A stretch of 63,524 nucleotides of DNA, filler included, from Globobulimina sp. (GCA_003354225.1; 52 parts of 52 records of this genome joined end to end with filler, not necessarily neighbours in it); one strand, 5' to 3'. Numbered from the whole stretch's first letter, positions 1-12,090 are shown. Translations and numbers: made by a program. The notes: generated from the letters alone by a model not told the origin.

Positions 1-591
1 GTTTGATTGTGATGTAAATTCCCCATTCATATTGAATGGACCATATATTAATAACATTCTATTTGGATTATCAAAATTGCATAAATTATAAAATGAATGT
101 TGGATAAAATTATGCCAACATTGTATTGGTGTCACATGAAACACATTGATTGCAAATATCATGTCGTATTTTATATTGTTTTTAATACCAATTCGATGTT
201 TCATTTCAAGCAAATCCAATACAAATGGTTGATTCACAATGTTTGTATTATCATAGTTAACTATGTTTTCCTCAATCAAATTAAATGCATTATCGTTGTA
301 ATCAGTTGGTTGCCAAGCAATGGTATTTTTAATATTTGATTGTTTAAAATAGTGTGCAAAATAATTTATATGCATTCCTTTTCCAGATCCAATTTCCAAA
401 ATGTTTATTAGGTCATTATTATTATCACTCACTAGTGTTTGCATTTGCTTTTTCATTACGTCTAAAATATGTTCTCTATTGCTGAGACCTGACCTATTGT
501 TACCTCCTGATAATGCACTTGGATCAAATACTCCCGCGGCCGCGTGATAGAATTGTTTACCATACTTCAACAGGTTTTTTCTAAGTATCAT
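1..591 (-). CDS. METTL26: METTL26/DUF938-family SAM-dependent methyltransferase (3' end runs off window; missed by ORF track)
   Basis: Manual translation of the minus strand is open from the ATG at 591: MILRKNLLKY...NREHILDVM...ILEIGSGKGMH...AWQPTD...MIFAINVFHVTP...LLIYGPFNMNGEFTSQSN, which are the hallmark DUF938 motifs. Confidence 0.85.
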   Translation of the reverse strand, partial: MILRKNLLKYGKQFYHAAAGVFDPSALSGGNNRSGLSNREHILDVMKKQMQTLVSDNNNDLINILEIGSGKGMHINYFAHYFKQSNIKNTIAWQPTDYNDNAFNLIEENIVNYDNTNIVNQPFVLDLLEMKHRIGIKNNIKYDMIFAINVFHVTPIQCWHNFIQHSFYNLCNFDNPNRMLLIYGPFNMNGEFTSQSN

Positions 592-633
592 GTCTTAAAA
601 CGTTTTTTCTCTGAAACAAAAATCAAGAGAATA

Positions 634-1125
634 ATGGGAGAGTCACACAGTTCACAATCAGATAAACAACCAATTTTGAACGAAGACAACAAAGAAGACA
701 TTAACATCCAACACCAAGGATCAGTTCAAATTCAGTATGGTATTACAGAATGTTTACATGATCGTTGGGTGATTATTACTGATACACATTTTGTAGTTAA
801 AGAAATGCAGAATAATGAGCAAAAAGCAAATGACTTCTCATCTTTTGCACTGTCGATTGAATGGACAAATTTAGTGAATATTGATGATTTGAGTGATAAA
901 AAACGTGTTCATTCTTTTCAACTTTTATTCAAAGATAAATTACATCCAAGTATTTATATTTATTGTGATTCTAAATCAACCAAACAAGTATGGCTTCGAA
1001 TGTTTGAGAGATTCCGTCCTGATTCTATAGTAACAAAGGAACTAAAAAGATTAAAAAGTTGTGTTACAAATTTAGGCTTCACGCCGGTACAAATTGAAAA
1101 AGCATTGGTTACATATCATCAACAA
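634..1125 (+). CDS. PH-domain protein with N-myristoylation-like start and C-terminal UBA-like motif (partial)
   Basis: ATG at 634 gives MGESHSS (MGxxxS). PH-like core DRWVIITD...SFQLLF...YIYCDSKSTKQVWLRMF, then LGFTPVQIEKALVTY. Confidence 0.6.
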
Positions 1126-1225
1126 NNNNNNNNNNNNNNNNNNNNNNNNNNNNNNNNNNNNNNNNNNNNTTAATTAATTAANNNNNNNNNNNNNNNNNNN
1201 NNNNNNNNNNNNNNNNNNNNNNNNN
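1126..1225. other. Artificial scaffolding linker N44-TTAATTAATTAA-N44 (first of 51 identical copies)
   Basis: Identical 100-bp spacer between all contigs. TTAATTAATTAA places stops in all six frames. Contig lengths decrease monotonically from 1125 to 1122. Confidence 0.99.
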
Positions 1226-1920
1226 CTCGTTTTGATGTTGTCCTGCGGCATTCTCAACAAAACAGAACATGCCCCCGCAGGTGCTCCAGAAAAGCCATTT
1301 ATCAGCGGCGACTTTTTTTTCTCCTTATCACCATCAGTCACAATTTTTACAATAAAGCTCTGGATCGGAAAGCGAACCATTTGATTAGTTCCTTGCTTCA
1401 TAATTGTTGGTGCTACGCCTCGATATATCCCACCAAAACCTTCACTTCGTACTATTTTATAGACTGCGTTGACACTGTTTGAATATTTCTGTGTCCCTTT
1501 TCTTAAGTCATCAGTGACTCTTGTTTTTATTGTCTCGATTGGTGTGACGGCCAATATTGCCTCACTTGTTCCTGCCACAAAGCCACATAACATGTTGGCG
1601 GCTAAACCTATGTTGCCTTCACTGTCACGGAAGTGTTTACTGGCATTTGTATAGGCAGTCCAACGGGCGGCTTGTTTCCCACTCGAGCCGACAAGCAAAG
1701 GTAATAAGCCTCGATATAAGCCGAGTGGCCCGTGCTGGCGAACTACTTTTACTGCGCAATCCAATATTCCTTTATATTCTGGATTTGTGCGACTCTGAAG
1801 TTGTAATTGAGTTTTTATAAATTCTGTTGGATAACAAATAATTGCTTCTGTTGCTCCCGTTGCGGTGCCTTTTAAAAAAGACCTCCAAATACTGGCTTTG
1901 TCATCTGACACGAACGCCAT
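1226..1920 (-). CDS. Mitochondrial carrier, tricarboxylate/citrate carrier-like (SLC25A1/CTP1), 3' partial
   Basis: Three Px[DE]xxK signatures (PTEFIK, PIETIK, PQDNIK); GLYRG and GIYRG; KQAARW and KQGTNQMVRF typical of citrate carriers. Confidence 0.85.
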
Positions 1921-2818
1921 TCTACTGATTCTAGCACAAACTAAGGACAGTTTTTAGTAATAGCTAACGACTATGTCCCTGTACGTACAAGTTATTATAC
2001 TTTTATTTTTATTTTTATTTTTATTTATTTTTCCGATGTATGCTTCTTCAAAACTTTAATCATTCCAAAAACTGTGCAATATTTGCGGGACAGAAAACCA
2101 TTTTTCAATTTTGCAATTAAACACAGTTTGGCCCTCTGGTTTGCATTCCAATATTGTCTCACACAAAATAGCATCTTTACTACTCATCACACTCAAAATG
2201 GTGGCAAAATCATTATTTTTATATTCATCCAGTACCTCATGTAATAATTTGCTTTTATAATAAGTATGATGATAATCTCTATGAATACCCATTGTTTGCA
2301 CAATTTGAACACCAAACTCTTCATCAAAATTATTTTCATTTATTATATCTNNNNNNNNNNNNNNNNNNNNNNNNNNNNNNNNNNNNNNNNNNNNTTAATT
2401 AATTAANNNNNNNNNNNNNNNNNNNNNNNNNNNNNNNNNNNNNNNNNNNNACTGTTTATGACATTGTTTAAAATGACTGCGAAAAAAGTCCAAGTTTTAC
2501 GAATATTACAAAACAATATATAAGACATTGTTCAACAAAACACACTATACCCAATATTGTTTTGATATGCACAAAGCTTAGGATATTATATATTTGGTAC
2601 TCCATCCTTTTTTGGACCACAAGATAAAATATTCCGAAGCTAATTACCATGTATAATATGACTGTGAGTGGGATAACATGTACAAACTCTGTCAGCCATA
2701 ATCGCATCTGATGTTAACTAAAAAAAACATCCTCTTCAACTGAGTAAGTGAGTCAAGTGGTAATACGACTTTGTTTCATTTGCAACAAGCCGCAATCAAA
2801 GCTTGTTTTTGAACAAAA

Positions 2819-3575
2819 ATGCAACAACGCTCCAAAGGCAGAAACAAAACGGGCCGTAAACGTCCACCTCAATATCGCCGTAAACGTGGCCGTAAAACCT
2901 CGACCGCAAATGAACAATTACTATCTATATTAAAACCGTCCGAAGAAGACGTGATGAAATTATTGGCGGCCCAGGTCCACATTGGCCGTCGTAAGGCGCA
3001 CGTTAACATGAAACGTTATATCTGGAAGAGGCGAGAAGACGGCATCCATGTCATCAATTTAGAGAAAACCTGGGCCAAATTGGTGTTAGCCGCGCGTATC
3101 TTAGTCACAGTGCGCGAGCCCTCCGATATTTGTGTAATGAGCACGCGGACGTACGGCCAACGCGGAGCCATCAAATTTGCACATTACACCGGAGCCACTG
3201 CGTCCGTCGGCAAGTGGGTTCCCGGCACCTTCACCAATCCACAGAACAAAGCCTTCTTCGAGCCGCGAATATTAATTGTCGACGACCCAAGTACTTGTTT
3301 TGCAGTTAAGCAAAAATCAAATCTTGCCACAAACGCATAATCGCATACAAATAACAAATCTAATCACATCGCTAAGGCATTGCGCGAGACCTCGTATGTG
3401 GGAATACCGGTGATTTCGTTATGTGGCACCGATAATAACTCGCGTTTCGTAGACTGTTGCATCCCTTGTAACAACCGCGGCAAATTCAGCATTGGTTTGA
3501 TGTTTTGGTTATTGGCTCGAGAGTTGTTGCGAATGCGTGGCGATCCATCGTGTATTCGCACAGTGGAATGGAAGG
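2819..3575 (+). CDS. RPSA: 40S ribosomal protein SA (uS2), 2 exons (intron 3305-3376), 3' partial
   Basis: [53 protein letters not shown] 72-bp GT..AG intron joins DPSTCFA to [11 protein letters not shown] in frame. Confidence 0.92.
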
Positions 3576-3675
3576 NNNNNNNNNNNNNNNNNNNNNNNNN
3601 NNNNNNNNNNNNNNNNNNNTTAATTAATTAANNNNNNNNNNNNNNNNNNNNNNNNNNNNNNNNNNNNNNNNNNNN

Positions 3676-4163
3676 TTAATCTACTGGCACTACTACTCCT
3701 GTAAATCTTGGACAAGCAACTTTTTCAGATGTTGATGGAGATTCTGTAATTATCACTAATGATGCACCATCTGGAGAATCAGACTTTTCATTTACCTTTG
3801 CAACTCCTGGAAGTTCTGGTGAGATAAACAATGCACATGATGTAGCCGTTGGAAGTGATGGTAAAATTTATGTTGCAGACTTTCATCAACAACGAGTTCG
3901 AGTATACTCTCCTGACGGATCTTTTGATAGAACTATGGCTCAAGGAATCTGGTCTACTGGAATTACTGTTGATAGAAATGACAACTTGATAGTACCTGAT
4001 TATTCTAACCATCAAATGAAGATAGTTGATCAAAATGATGATGTGATCAAGACCTTTGGTAATGGTGTATTACGATACCCATATGATGCAACAGTAGCCT
4101 CTAATGGATTGATTTACGTAACTGATTCTAACAATCATAGAGTTGTAGCATTTGATTATGATC
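3676..4163 (+). CDS. NHL-repeat protein with HYR-like segment, prokaryotic fragment fused to other DNA at about 4160
   Basis: Frame is open from near the contig start: TTPVNLGQATFSDVDGDSVIITNDAP...HDVAVGSDGKIYVADFHQQRVRVY...YPYDATVASNGLIYVTDSNNHRVVAF (three NHL repeats). No introns; homology ends abruptly. Confidence 0.75.
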
Positions 4164-5428
4164 GCTTCTTCTGTTAACTGTAGTTTTGCTGCCCATAATT
4201 ATAGGTAATCTGTTTACTTGCTTTTTGTGCTGTCGTTTAGAAAATGACAGCCATGCGCATGAATTAGTCATTGCCAACTTTGTCAACATCCAAAGCGTCG
4301 AATGGTTTTCTTTTGGCAACTACTAACACGTGCACCATGCACCAAGTCAATTCCATGCACCAAGCTGTCAAATAGTACAATTTTTTCGTGCCGTCATATC
4401 GTCGTATAATTGACGCTCGTTGGCAATTTTCTGTTGTCTTTTTATTTCATCATTGTTTGTGTTTCGGCGCGAATCGTTCTTTGTGATATAAAATTCTTAA
4501 AAACGGAATAAAATTAAAATGTCTCAAAGTGGTAATAATAAAGAAGAGACACAAAATATTATAATCGATGGTTAGTCTTCTACTATTTTTTTGGTCATAG
4601 GATATGTTAATCAAAGAATTACTTGCAGATAACGACGCAACAATACCAATGTTGTATGGTAATGCAACAAGTACACCTATGAGACGTACTTCTTCGGCTT
4701 CCGATGTAAATTTGTCGCCAATAGAAAATATTATCGACATTACAGGAATTACTTCAACTAGTCCAGAACAGAAGTGATATTTCTATTAATTATAATATGN
4801 NNNNNNNNNNNNNNNNNNNNNNNNNNNNNNNNNNNNNNNNNNNTTAATTAATTAANNNNNNNNNNNNNNNNNNNNNNNNNNNNNNNNNNNNNNNNNNNNT
4901 CCATTATTAATATCAAAACCAGTGTTGTATAAAGATATAAATAAAAATAAAAATTATTACAAAGAAAATTATCAATTACAAACAGTACAATCGTCATTTT
5001 ATGATTTTGATGCTCTTAGCAATATTTCTAGTCATTTAGAAATGTCGCCATCACTGTCATTTGATGTCAATACATTGATTCAGGCTTCTTCCATCATCGA
5101 AGACAACTTAATCGCATACATCTCCACGGGATTGAGCGTGTTATTGATTATGGTCACTTTAATCAAATGGATCTACAAATGCTATCAAAGATTTTTTAAA
5201 TAACTTTCTAGCTTCAGTTGCAATGTAAATGTAAATCTGTGCAAGGATCTTTCATAGCGCAGTTAGCAAATTGAAAAAATATAAATTTATAATCTTAAAA
5301 CACATGATCTTAAACAATATTTATTTACTACACCAACTCAATCCAATTGCAACCCAAATTTATATCAGTTTGCAATCTGAATTTCGTATAGAATATATAA
5401 TCCAAAAAAAAAATATTAAATTTGCAGA

Positions 5429-5998
5429 CTATGTCGGCAAACTACTCGCGTTCATAACGTCAATGTAAATTTCTTCATTTTCTTGTTTCGATTTACTTTG
5501 TTTACAAAGTGTGACAATATTTGTAAATTGATTACTTTGTTTAAATCTTTCTAATGAGGCAGCTAACAACCAAAGCATTTCTCGTTTACAACTTTCAAAT
5601 AATAAAAAAACATCTGTCCAATTAATATTATACGATAATAATACATCCAAATCATCCAATAACGTGGTTAATTTACTTCTTTCTTCCGAGCATATATTTA
5701 TTTCAAATTCACTGCCTGTTTGAATATATTTTGTATAAAGTTTATGTGCTTTGATCTTAGCAACGTATAAAAATGGATCACTGTAATCATTATCATCTGA
5801 ATTGGAAATATCTTGATTATCTTCATTTGATTCTATTATATCCGAAAGTGGAATATTTGATGGAAATGTTACAATATCTACTTGCTTCAATACGTCTTCG
5901 TCATTATTTTTCTGCAATAAATATGTTTGAAACTGCATGAACTCGATATAACTTAAGGTAGTATCGGAGATAAGTGATGAAAATGATATATAATACAA
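5429..5998 (-). CDS. RGS-domain protein, C-terminal part (possibly a 7TM-RGS)
   Basis: LSYIEFMQFQ...KLYTKYIQTGSEFEINIC...LFESCKREMLWLL...LERFKQS matches the RGS pattern (KYI..S..EINI). Confidence 0.8.
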   Translation of the reverse strand: MYYISFSSLISDTTLSYIEFMQFQTYLLQKNNDEDVLKQVDIVTFPSNIPLSDIIESNEDNQDISNSDDNDYSDPFLYVAKIKAHKLYTKYIQTGSEFEINICSEERSKLTTLLDDLDVLLSYNINWTDVFLLFESCKREMLWLLAASLERFKQSNQFTNIVTLCKQSKSKQENEEIYIDVMNASSLPT

Positions 5999-6127
5999 AT
6001 CCTTTCAACACAGTATTTGTACGNNNNNNNNNNNNNNNNNNNNNNNNNNNNNNNNNNNNNNNNNNNNTTAATTAATTAANNNNNNNNNNNNNNNNNNNNN
6101 NNNNNNNNNNNNNNNNNNNNNNNTCGA

Positions 6128-6820
6128 TTGAGCGTAGAATGTACTTTGGAAAAAGCACGGAATGAATCCAATATTACTGAATTTACCAGAATCCATTACA
6201 TAGTCGTTTCCGGACTCACTTCTTTTCCTAAAGCATTTCTTCTGAGACATCAGGTTTGCCAGCATTGGCTCAAATGGATCGTGCAAAATAATTGGATACG
6301 TCACATGGATGATGATCGACATTCTTTGGATTTCCTAGCAAAGTTCTGTTGTGCGAGAAGGAAAGCCAGTGGGGCACCGACAAAGAGGTATAAACGAATT
6401 CATCATTACAAAGGAGATATGCTGCAATCATTGGTGGCTAATTCATCATTACTCTCTGATCTGCATTGTATTTGCATGCAATCAAATCAAGCCTCTGTTG
6501 TCAAAGCAATACAATATTTTTTACATTATTTGTTTCAAGCATCTGATTTTGGTTTCAATTCCGATCAAATTTATGCAATATATCTAAGAATGTATGGAAT
6601 ACTGCAGGATCGAGAAAAAATATTGGCTGATGAAAAGTGGATACATTTATGTTTCTGGCTTTCTTGTTTCGATCAAATCAAATCGGAAAACTGTTTATGT
6701 GTTGCAATTCCAGCAAGTATTCACAAGCTCCTTTCTCTGTGTAACAGAAGTAATGACAGAATCTATTTCCATTTCAAATCTATTCAACCATTCTTCATCA
6801 ATGGTTGTATGAATGGTTAA
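6128..6820 (+). CDS. Hypothetical protein, C-terminal fragment
   Basis: 230-aa open frame; no motif recognised. Confidence 0.4.
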   Translation: MSVECTLEKARNESNITEFTRIHYIVVSGLTSFPKAFLLRHQVCQHWLKWIVQNNWIRHMDDDRHSLDFLAKFCCARRKASGAPTKRYKRIHHYKGDMLQSLVANSSLLSDLHCICMQSNQASVVKAIQYFLHYLFQASDFGFNSDQIYAIYLRMYGILQDREKILADEKWIHLCFWLSCFDQIKSENCLCVAIPASIHKLLSLCNRSNDRIYFHFKSIQPFFINGCMNG

Positions 6821-7347
6821 ACTATGTATTAAATAAAATAGCACATATTCTTAACTTGCAGCAGTGCCAATACGTCCATCCCAATTTAAATATACTTCAA
6901 ATCCCGCTCGAGCATATTTTGCAGCGGCTTGTTGAGCAAAAGGTGTATAATATACAAATGCATTTTGGTTTGGTCCACTAAAAATACATTGTGTGGATGG
7001 TTTGCTTTCTTGGACGCCTCTACAATATGTCTCTACATCACCTGCATAGACATAGATAGCTTTGTAATTTTGTGATGTTACTATTTCATACCAATCTTAA
7101 TTTTGTTTGCCATCCGTGTAAGTAAATGCAAATGCTGCTTGATATCCATATGCGTTTCTCACTAAATGAACCACCAACAAACCTATGGGAGCGGTAACGC
7201 TCAGAAACCCCTGGAAATCATTATTTGGCTTTGGGTGTGATAGAATTNNNNNNNNNNNNNNNNNNNNNNNNNNNNNNNNNNNNNNNNNNNNTTAATTAAT
7301 TAANNNNNNNNNNNNNNNNNNNNNNNNNNNNNNNNNNNNNNNNNNNN

Positions 7348-8471
7348 CGGGTGAGTTCATGTACAATAGAGATGAACGAATGTGCCGAGAATTTTTGCAA
7401 AAGGTCAACACTTTCGATTTTGAGAAGGCACAACAACATTTGGCCGGAATGGACAAACCAAACTGGACTCGTATGGCTAAACGATTTGCAGCCCAAGGAA
7501 ATCCAGATGATCTAATCGCTCCTGAACCATATGCACTCTTTCCAATCAATGTTGATACAGTAGCATTATGGAAGAAGAAAGTCCCCATAACAAGAGAGTC
7601 ACAACCATCAATTATTGCCTCAGCAGAAAAAGAAATAAAGGCTATTGTATCAGAAGCAGCCAGAGAGACAATAAAATTTATATGGGACAATGCGCATGAA
7701 GGACACCCCGTGACTGTAGCTGATTTGGTCATACGGTTGGAACCTTTTAGTAAAGGTGATATTTACACCGTTATTTTGTATTGTTTGGATGGCACTTTGG
7801 GTAATGCAGCCATGTATTTGGGTATGCAAACCATGACACATTTCCCGGACGTTTATGATGAAGAAATTTGTCAAATAGAGAAACAACGTGTTCTCAGGGC
7901 TATACTTAATAGGGGCAATGAGAATCAGCAACAATTAGACCAACAACAATCAGAACAGCCCAGAGAAGCAACTTCATTTGTGGCATCGGTGGAAGCTAAG
8001 AAGAAAGTAGCAAAAACAAAGAAAGAAATTGCTAACATTGAATGGAAACTAGTGAGCTGTGATGGTATTATAGGTGAAGGACCAACAGAGTATTCCGATT
8101 ATTTGTATCAATTTGCAATGGCCACCGGACGTGCATATCCAATTGAAAACTGGGATGATTTACCAACAGCCAAGCCTAATCTGGTCCCAAACTCGAATTA
8201 TCCGGACTTGAGATCCGACTATGAGAATTGGATTTATTGGAGCGAGGTAGGACGACAAGAGGACGAAAGGTATGCAAATTATAAAAATAAAATTGCAATA
8301 ATGGAGACTAAAATACAAATAGATAAGTACAATGTAAAGATGGCGAGACTTAAGAACAAGTCTACGGGAACATCTACAGTAGAATTAGAATTTTCTAGTC
8401 GCGCAGCAGAGTCTAATGGTAACAAGAGGACTTACAAGTTTGTTTCCTCAGGGCCAGGAGTATGTACAGCC
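7348..8471 (+). CDS. Intronless orphan ORF, possibly Gag-like or viral
   Basis: Open across the whole contig and less AT-rich than typical host contigs. Ends GPGVCTA at the contig edge, a possible start of a Zn knuckle. Confidence 0.45.
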
Positions 8472-9216
8472 NNNNNNNNNNNNNNNNNNNNNNNNNNNNN
8501 NNNNNNNNNNNNNNNTTAATTAATTAANNNNNNNNNNNNNNNNNNNNNNNNNNNNNNNNNNNNNNNNNNNNATGTTTTTTAGTTTGAAATCGATTTTTCA
8601 GTTCCAACAATTTTTTCAGTTTCAAACTATAGACACCTGAGAATGTCGTGGATGATATCAATGCGAATGATTTGATGAATGGGAATACTAAATACTTTCC
8701 CTTAGAATGGTTGGAAAGGATTTAGTTTCAGTTAGCTTAGAGTGGTGATAATGGGACCACCATCTTCCAGCAGTGCGAGGATAGTCTGAAACCAACTCCT
8801 TTTGAACCAGTTGTAGCGTACGTCATATATTTGTCCCTAATTATATAATCTGCGTAATATTTTGATACCAATCTCAATCATCGTTTTTAATTGGTTTAGT
8901 TCATTAGTAATCATGTCATTTTTGAGTGTTATCATAATCACATCGCACGTGGAATGCATATAATATAACATTTCTATTTCTTTTGATGGACTATACTAAA
9001 CTGCGATGGTGGCAAGGTACACGTGGCAAAAAAAGTTAGTTCCTGGAAAACTGTATGTCAGTTAATCGGAGCCTACAAAAACGAAAATATGTATTGCGAC
9101 TGCAGTGCATATCTGTGCCACAAACCACAACTTTCCAACTAACCACGTTGGGGTTATGTTTCAATTATTTATGTTCCTAAACTGAAGTAGTACAAAAACT
9201 ATATAGAAAATAAGGG

Positions 9217-9695
9217 TCATTCCATTACAATTTTAGCAATCCACTCATCAAAAACATTGGCAAATTGCTCAACATTCCATGCTTTCTGGTCCATGGTATC
9301 TTTGTCATTTACAATCCACTCAATAAACGGATTTAATTCTTGTTTCAATTTATTTTTATTTACAGGTTGCACATTATCTTTATATTTCACTTTAATTACC
9401 AACAAAATGATTACTTCCAACAAGCCATAGATTTCCGAGGCTGATTTGAATTGATTTATTTTCATTTTCTTGGATGCGAAACTTTTAATCAATTTGACTC
9501 GTCCTTCTTCTTTAATCGCCACAACATATTCCTTCATTATGTCCGATAACAAAATAACATCACCACTCGATTTGCCAGCAACCGATGTCCGCATTTGCCC
9601 AATTTCCACATTGCCAAATCTCACAAAGCGCACAGCCTCCTTTTCATCATTCAGCTCAACTTCAAACTCATTCAAATCAAAGATCACTTCTTCCT
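9217..9695 (-). CDS. Hypothetical protein, C-terminal fragment
   Basis: Open frame of at least 156 aa with host-like codon usage. Confidence 0.5.
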
Positions 9696-9795
9696 NNNNN
9701 NNNNNNNNNNNNNNNNNNNNNNNNNNNNNNNNNNNNNNNTTAATTAATTAANNNNNNNNNNNNNNNNNNNNNNNNNNNNNNNNNNNNNNNNNNNN

Positions 9796-10699
9796 CGTTG
9801 GATGTGATGGAGGTATGCCATGCTTTTGGTTCATTCAAAGCAATGTTCCAATTTAATATGGACTCAGTGTATGGATCGAATACCTCAATAATTGATAATG
9901 GCAAGTTAGCATCAGAAAAGCCACCAAAACAGAAAATATAAGACAAAAAATAACGGCATTGAAGATTTCCAATGGCTCTGCTTAATGTTTCATCGATTTT
10001 AGTCCATAAATCATTGGATATGCTGTATTTCTCAATAGAATCCAAAAGATATACTGCTGGACCCTCCCATCCACCAAATACATAAATGAACTCCGCTGTA
10101 TTTTCATCCATAGCACAACCATGATGCGATCGTTTTTGTTGTAATAATTTTTTCTGTGCCCATTCATCTTTCGAGATGTTATAAATTTGTGTTGTTGCTA
10201 ACCTTTGTCCGCTCACTTTATCTATGCCAGCAATCACAAACAAAATATCATCCACAATCATAAGACATGAACCTTGAGCACGCTGAGGTAACAATGCATT
10301 GTACGATGCTGTATTTTGATAAGTTTGTTGCTGTAAATCGAATATAAATAGATATTCACCATAATACCATGTTGATCCTACATATATTCGAGGAACAGAA
10401 TACAGCAAATAAGATCCAATTGTTTGTGTACATTGTTGGCCATCATAATAAATACGTTCTGCATTGAAAGGATTGTTGATATTTATATGTTGAATCCAAG
10501 TCTTCCATCGATCATTGCTTGTGTATGAGCTGGTGAATTGAGTCGAGGTTTGTTGCTTCTTTCCATGGAGTATGCTATATGTTCCATTGTAGACAGCAGC
10601 GCACAAAACTTCGACCCCATTAGGTAATGTTTGATTTGATAATGTAATGGTTGTCGATGATGCTACGAGTAATGGAGCGATGGTTAAAAAGATTTTCAT
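9796..10699 (-). CDS. Secreted kelch-repeat beta-propeller protein (3' partial)
   Basis: Signal peptide MKIFLTIAPLLVAS. Kelch repeats RSHHGC...IYVFGGW...SIEKYSISNDLW and IFCFGGF...IEVFDP. Confidence 0.85.
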
Positions 10700-11064
10700 T
10701 TTTTTTTAAAGATTTTCATGATTTTTAACATTTTATCATTTTTACACTTTTACGGCTATTTAAATATTCCTGCTATTTAAGTTAAATTATGTTTGCTTTT
10801 TTTGGTGACTGATAAAGGTAAAAATAATATAGGTTTGCCTTCGTTTCTCAGAAACAATAAAAATCTGACGCTGAAAACCTGATGCTAGTTTTAAAATTAT
10901 TAGAAAAACAGCAGAAAAGNNNNNNNNNNNNNNNNNNNNNNNNNNNNNNNNNNNNNNNNNNNNTTAATTAATTAANNNNNNNNNNNNNNNNNNNNNNNNN
11001 NNNNNNNNNNNNNNNNNNNATTCCCAACAACAGAATAATTTCGGTAAGAAAACATATATGTCCT

Positions 11065-11298
11065 AATTATGTTGTTCATAATACGTCAGCCGGTGGAATG
11101 CAAATAAATGGCGTAGCTGGGTATGTTGCAAATTCTGCATTGGGTTTTGGCGGTGTTGGTGCAAGCGGTATGGGGACGTACCATGGCGATAAAACATTTT
11201 ATTCATTTTGTCATAAAAAACCAGTGGTAAGAAATCTCAGTGAAACGACTATTTTATATCCACCAAGAACTAAAGATTGGATTTTGAAATATTTGTAA
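11065..11298 (+). CDS. Aldehyde dehydrogenase (ALDH3-like), C-terminal fragment
   Basis: NTSAGGMQING...LGFGGVGASGMGTYHGDKTFYSFCHKKPVV...YPP is the ALDH3 C-terminal signature. Confidence 0.85.
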   Translation, partial: NYVVHNTSAGGMQINGVAGYVANSALGFGGVGASGMGTYHGDKTFYSFCHKKPVVRNLSETTILYPPRTKDWILKYL

Positions 11299-11454
11299 AT
11301 ATTCATCAATTGTAATTTGTATTTATCACTATTTGTAATTATTCGCGCTCAGACATTAATTTGTCTTTTTTATGGCTTTTAAATTTTAATCCTAAATCCT
11401 TACGGACTTTAATATTTAACTATTTTATTTGTTTTCCAGAGAAAAGAGCAAAGC

Positions 11455-12090
11455 ATGTCGAGAGTCTCTGAAGCAAGACGTTGTTTCTCTGTTCTTGCAT
11501 TTATATTAATTTTAATTACATTATTTGGTTCACATTTACCATGGATGGAAATAGGGGAAGAAGGACATGAACATAAATGGACAATATCAGAGGAAGGCGG
11601 TGAGCAATCTGAAACAGCCACCTTTTATATGGATATGTATTTTAATTTATTATCAGTAGAATCATGTCAAACATTTTTGGAAGATTCCGCTTTTTTTTAT
11701 AAGGGACAGGTTGTATGCTCAGTTATGCCATTTAGTGATTCAGATAAGAATACGGTAGATATTCATGATTGGAGTATGTATTCAGACTCATGTGAATCGG
11801 CTGGATTGTCAGCATTTGTATTATTAATCGCTGCAATCTCAATATTCATATTAGTTATATTAATATCGACATTTAAAAACATTCAAAGAAAATGTTGTCC
11901 AAAGGTTTATACGCAGCAACATGGGAAAGCTAAATGTATTGTCCCTTCGTGCGCTGCATTGGCGCCTATCTTTGGTATATTAGCCATTTTAATTTATTTT
12001 ATGCAATGTATTAATAATGCTGCTGGGAACGATGTTGTTACCGCTGAGGAGTTACGTACATTCTATATAAGTGCAAGGATATTTATATAA
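11455..12090 (+). CDS. Claudin/PMP22-like multi-pass membrane protein (probably continues after an intron)
   Basis: TM1 followed by LPW, a large Cys-containing loop, then two further TM helices. Confidence 0.5.
   Translation: MSRVSEARRCFSVLAFILILITLFGSHLPWMEIGEEGHEHKWTISEEGGEQSETATFYMDMYFNLLSVESCQTFLEDSAFFYKGQVVCSVMPFSDSDKNTVDIHDWSMYSDSCESAGLSAFVLLIAAISIFILVILISTFKNIQRKCCPKVYTQQHGKAKCIVPSCAALAPIFGILAILIYFMQCINNAAGNDVVTAEELRTFYISARIFI

Noticed and set aside
97-339. 80-aa plus-strand ORF
   Set aside because: Antisense shadow of the METTL26 gene.
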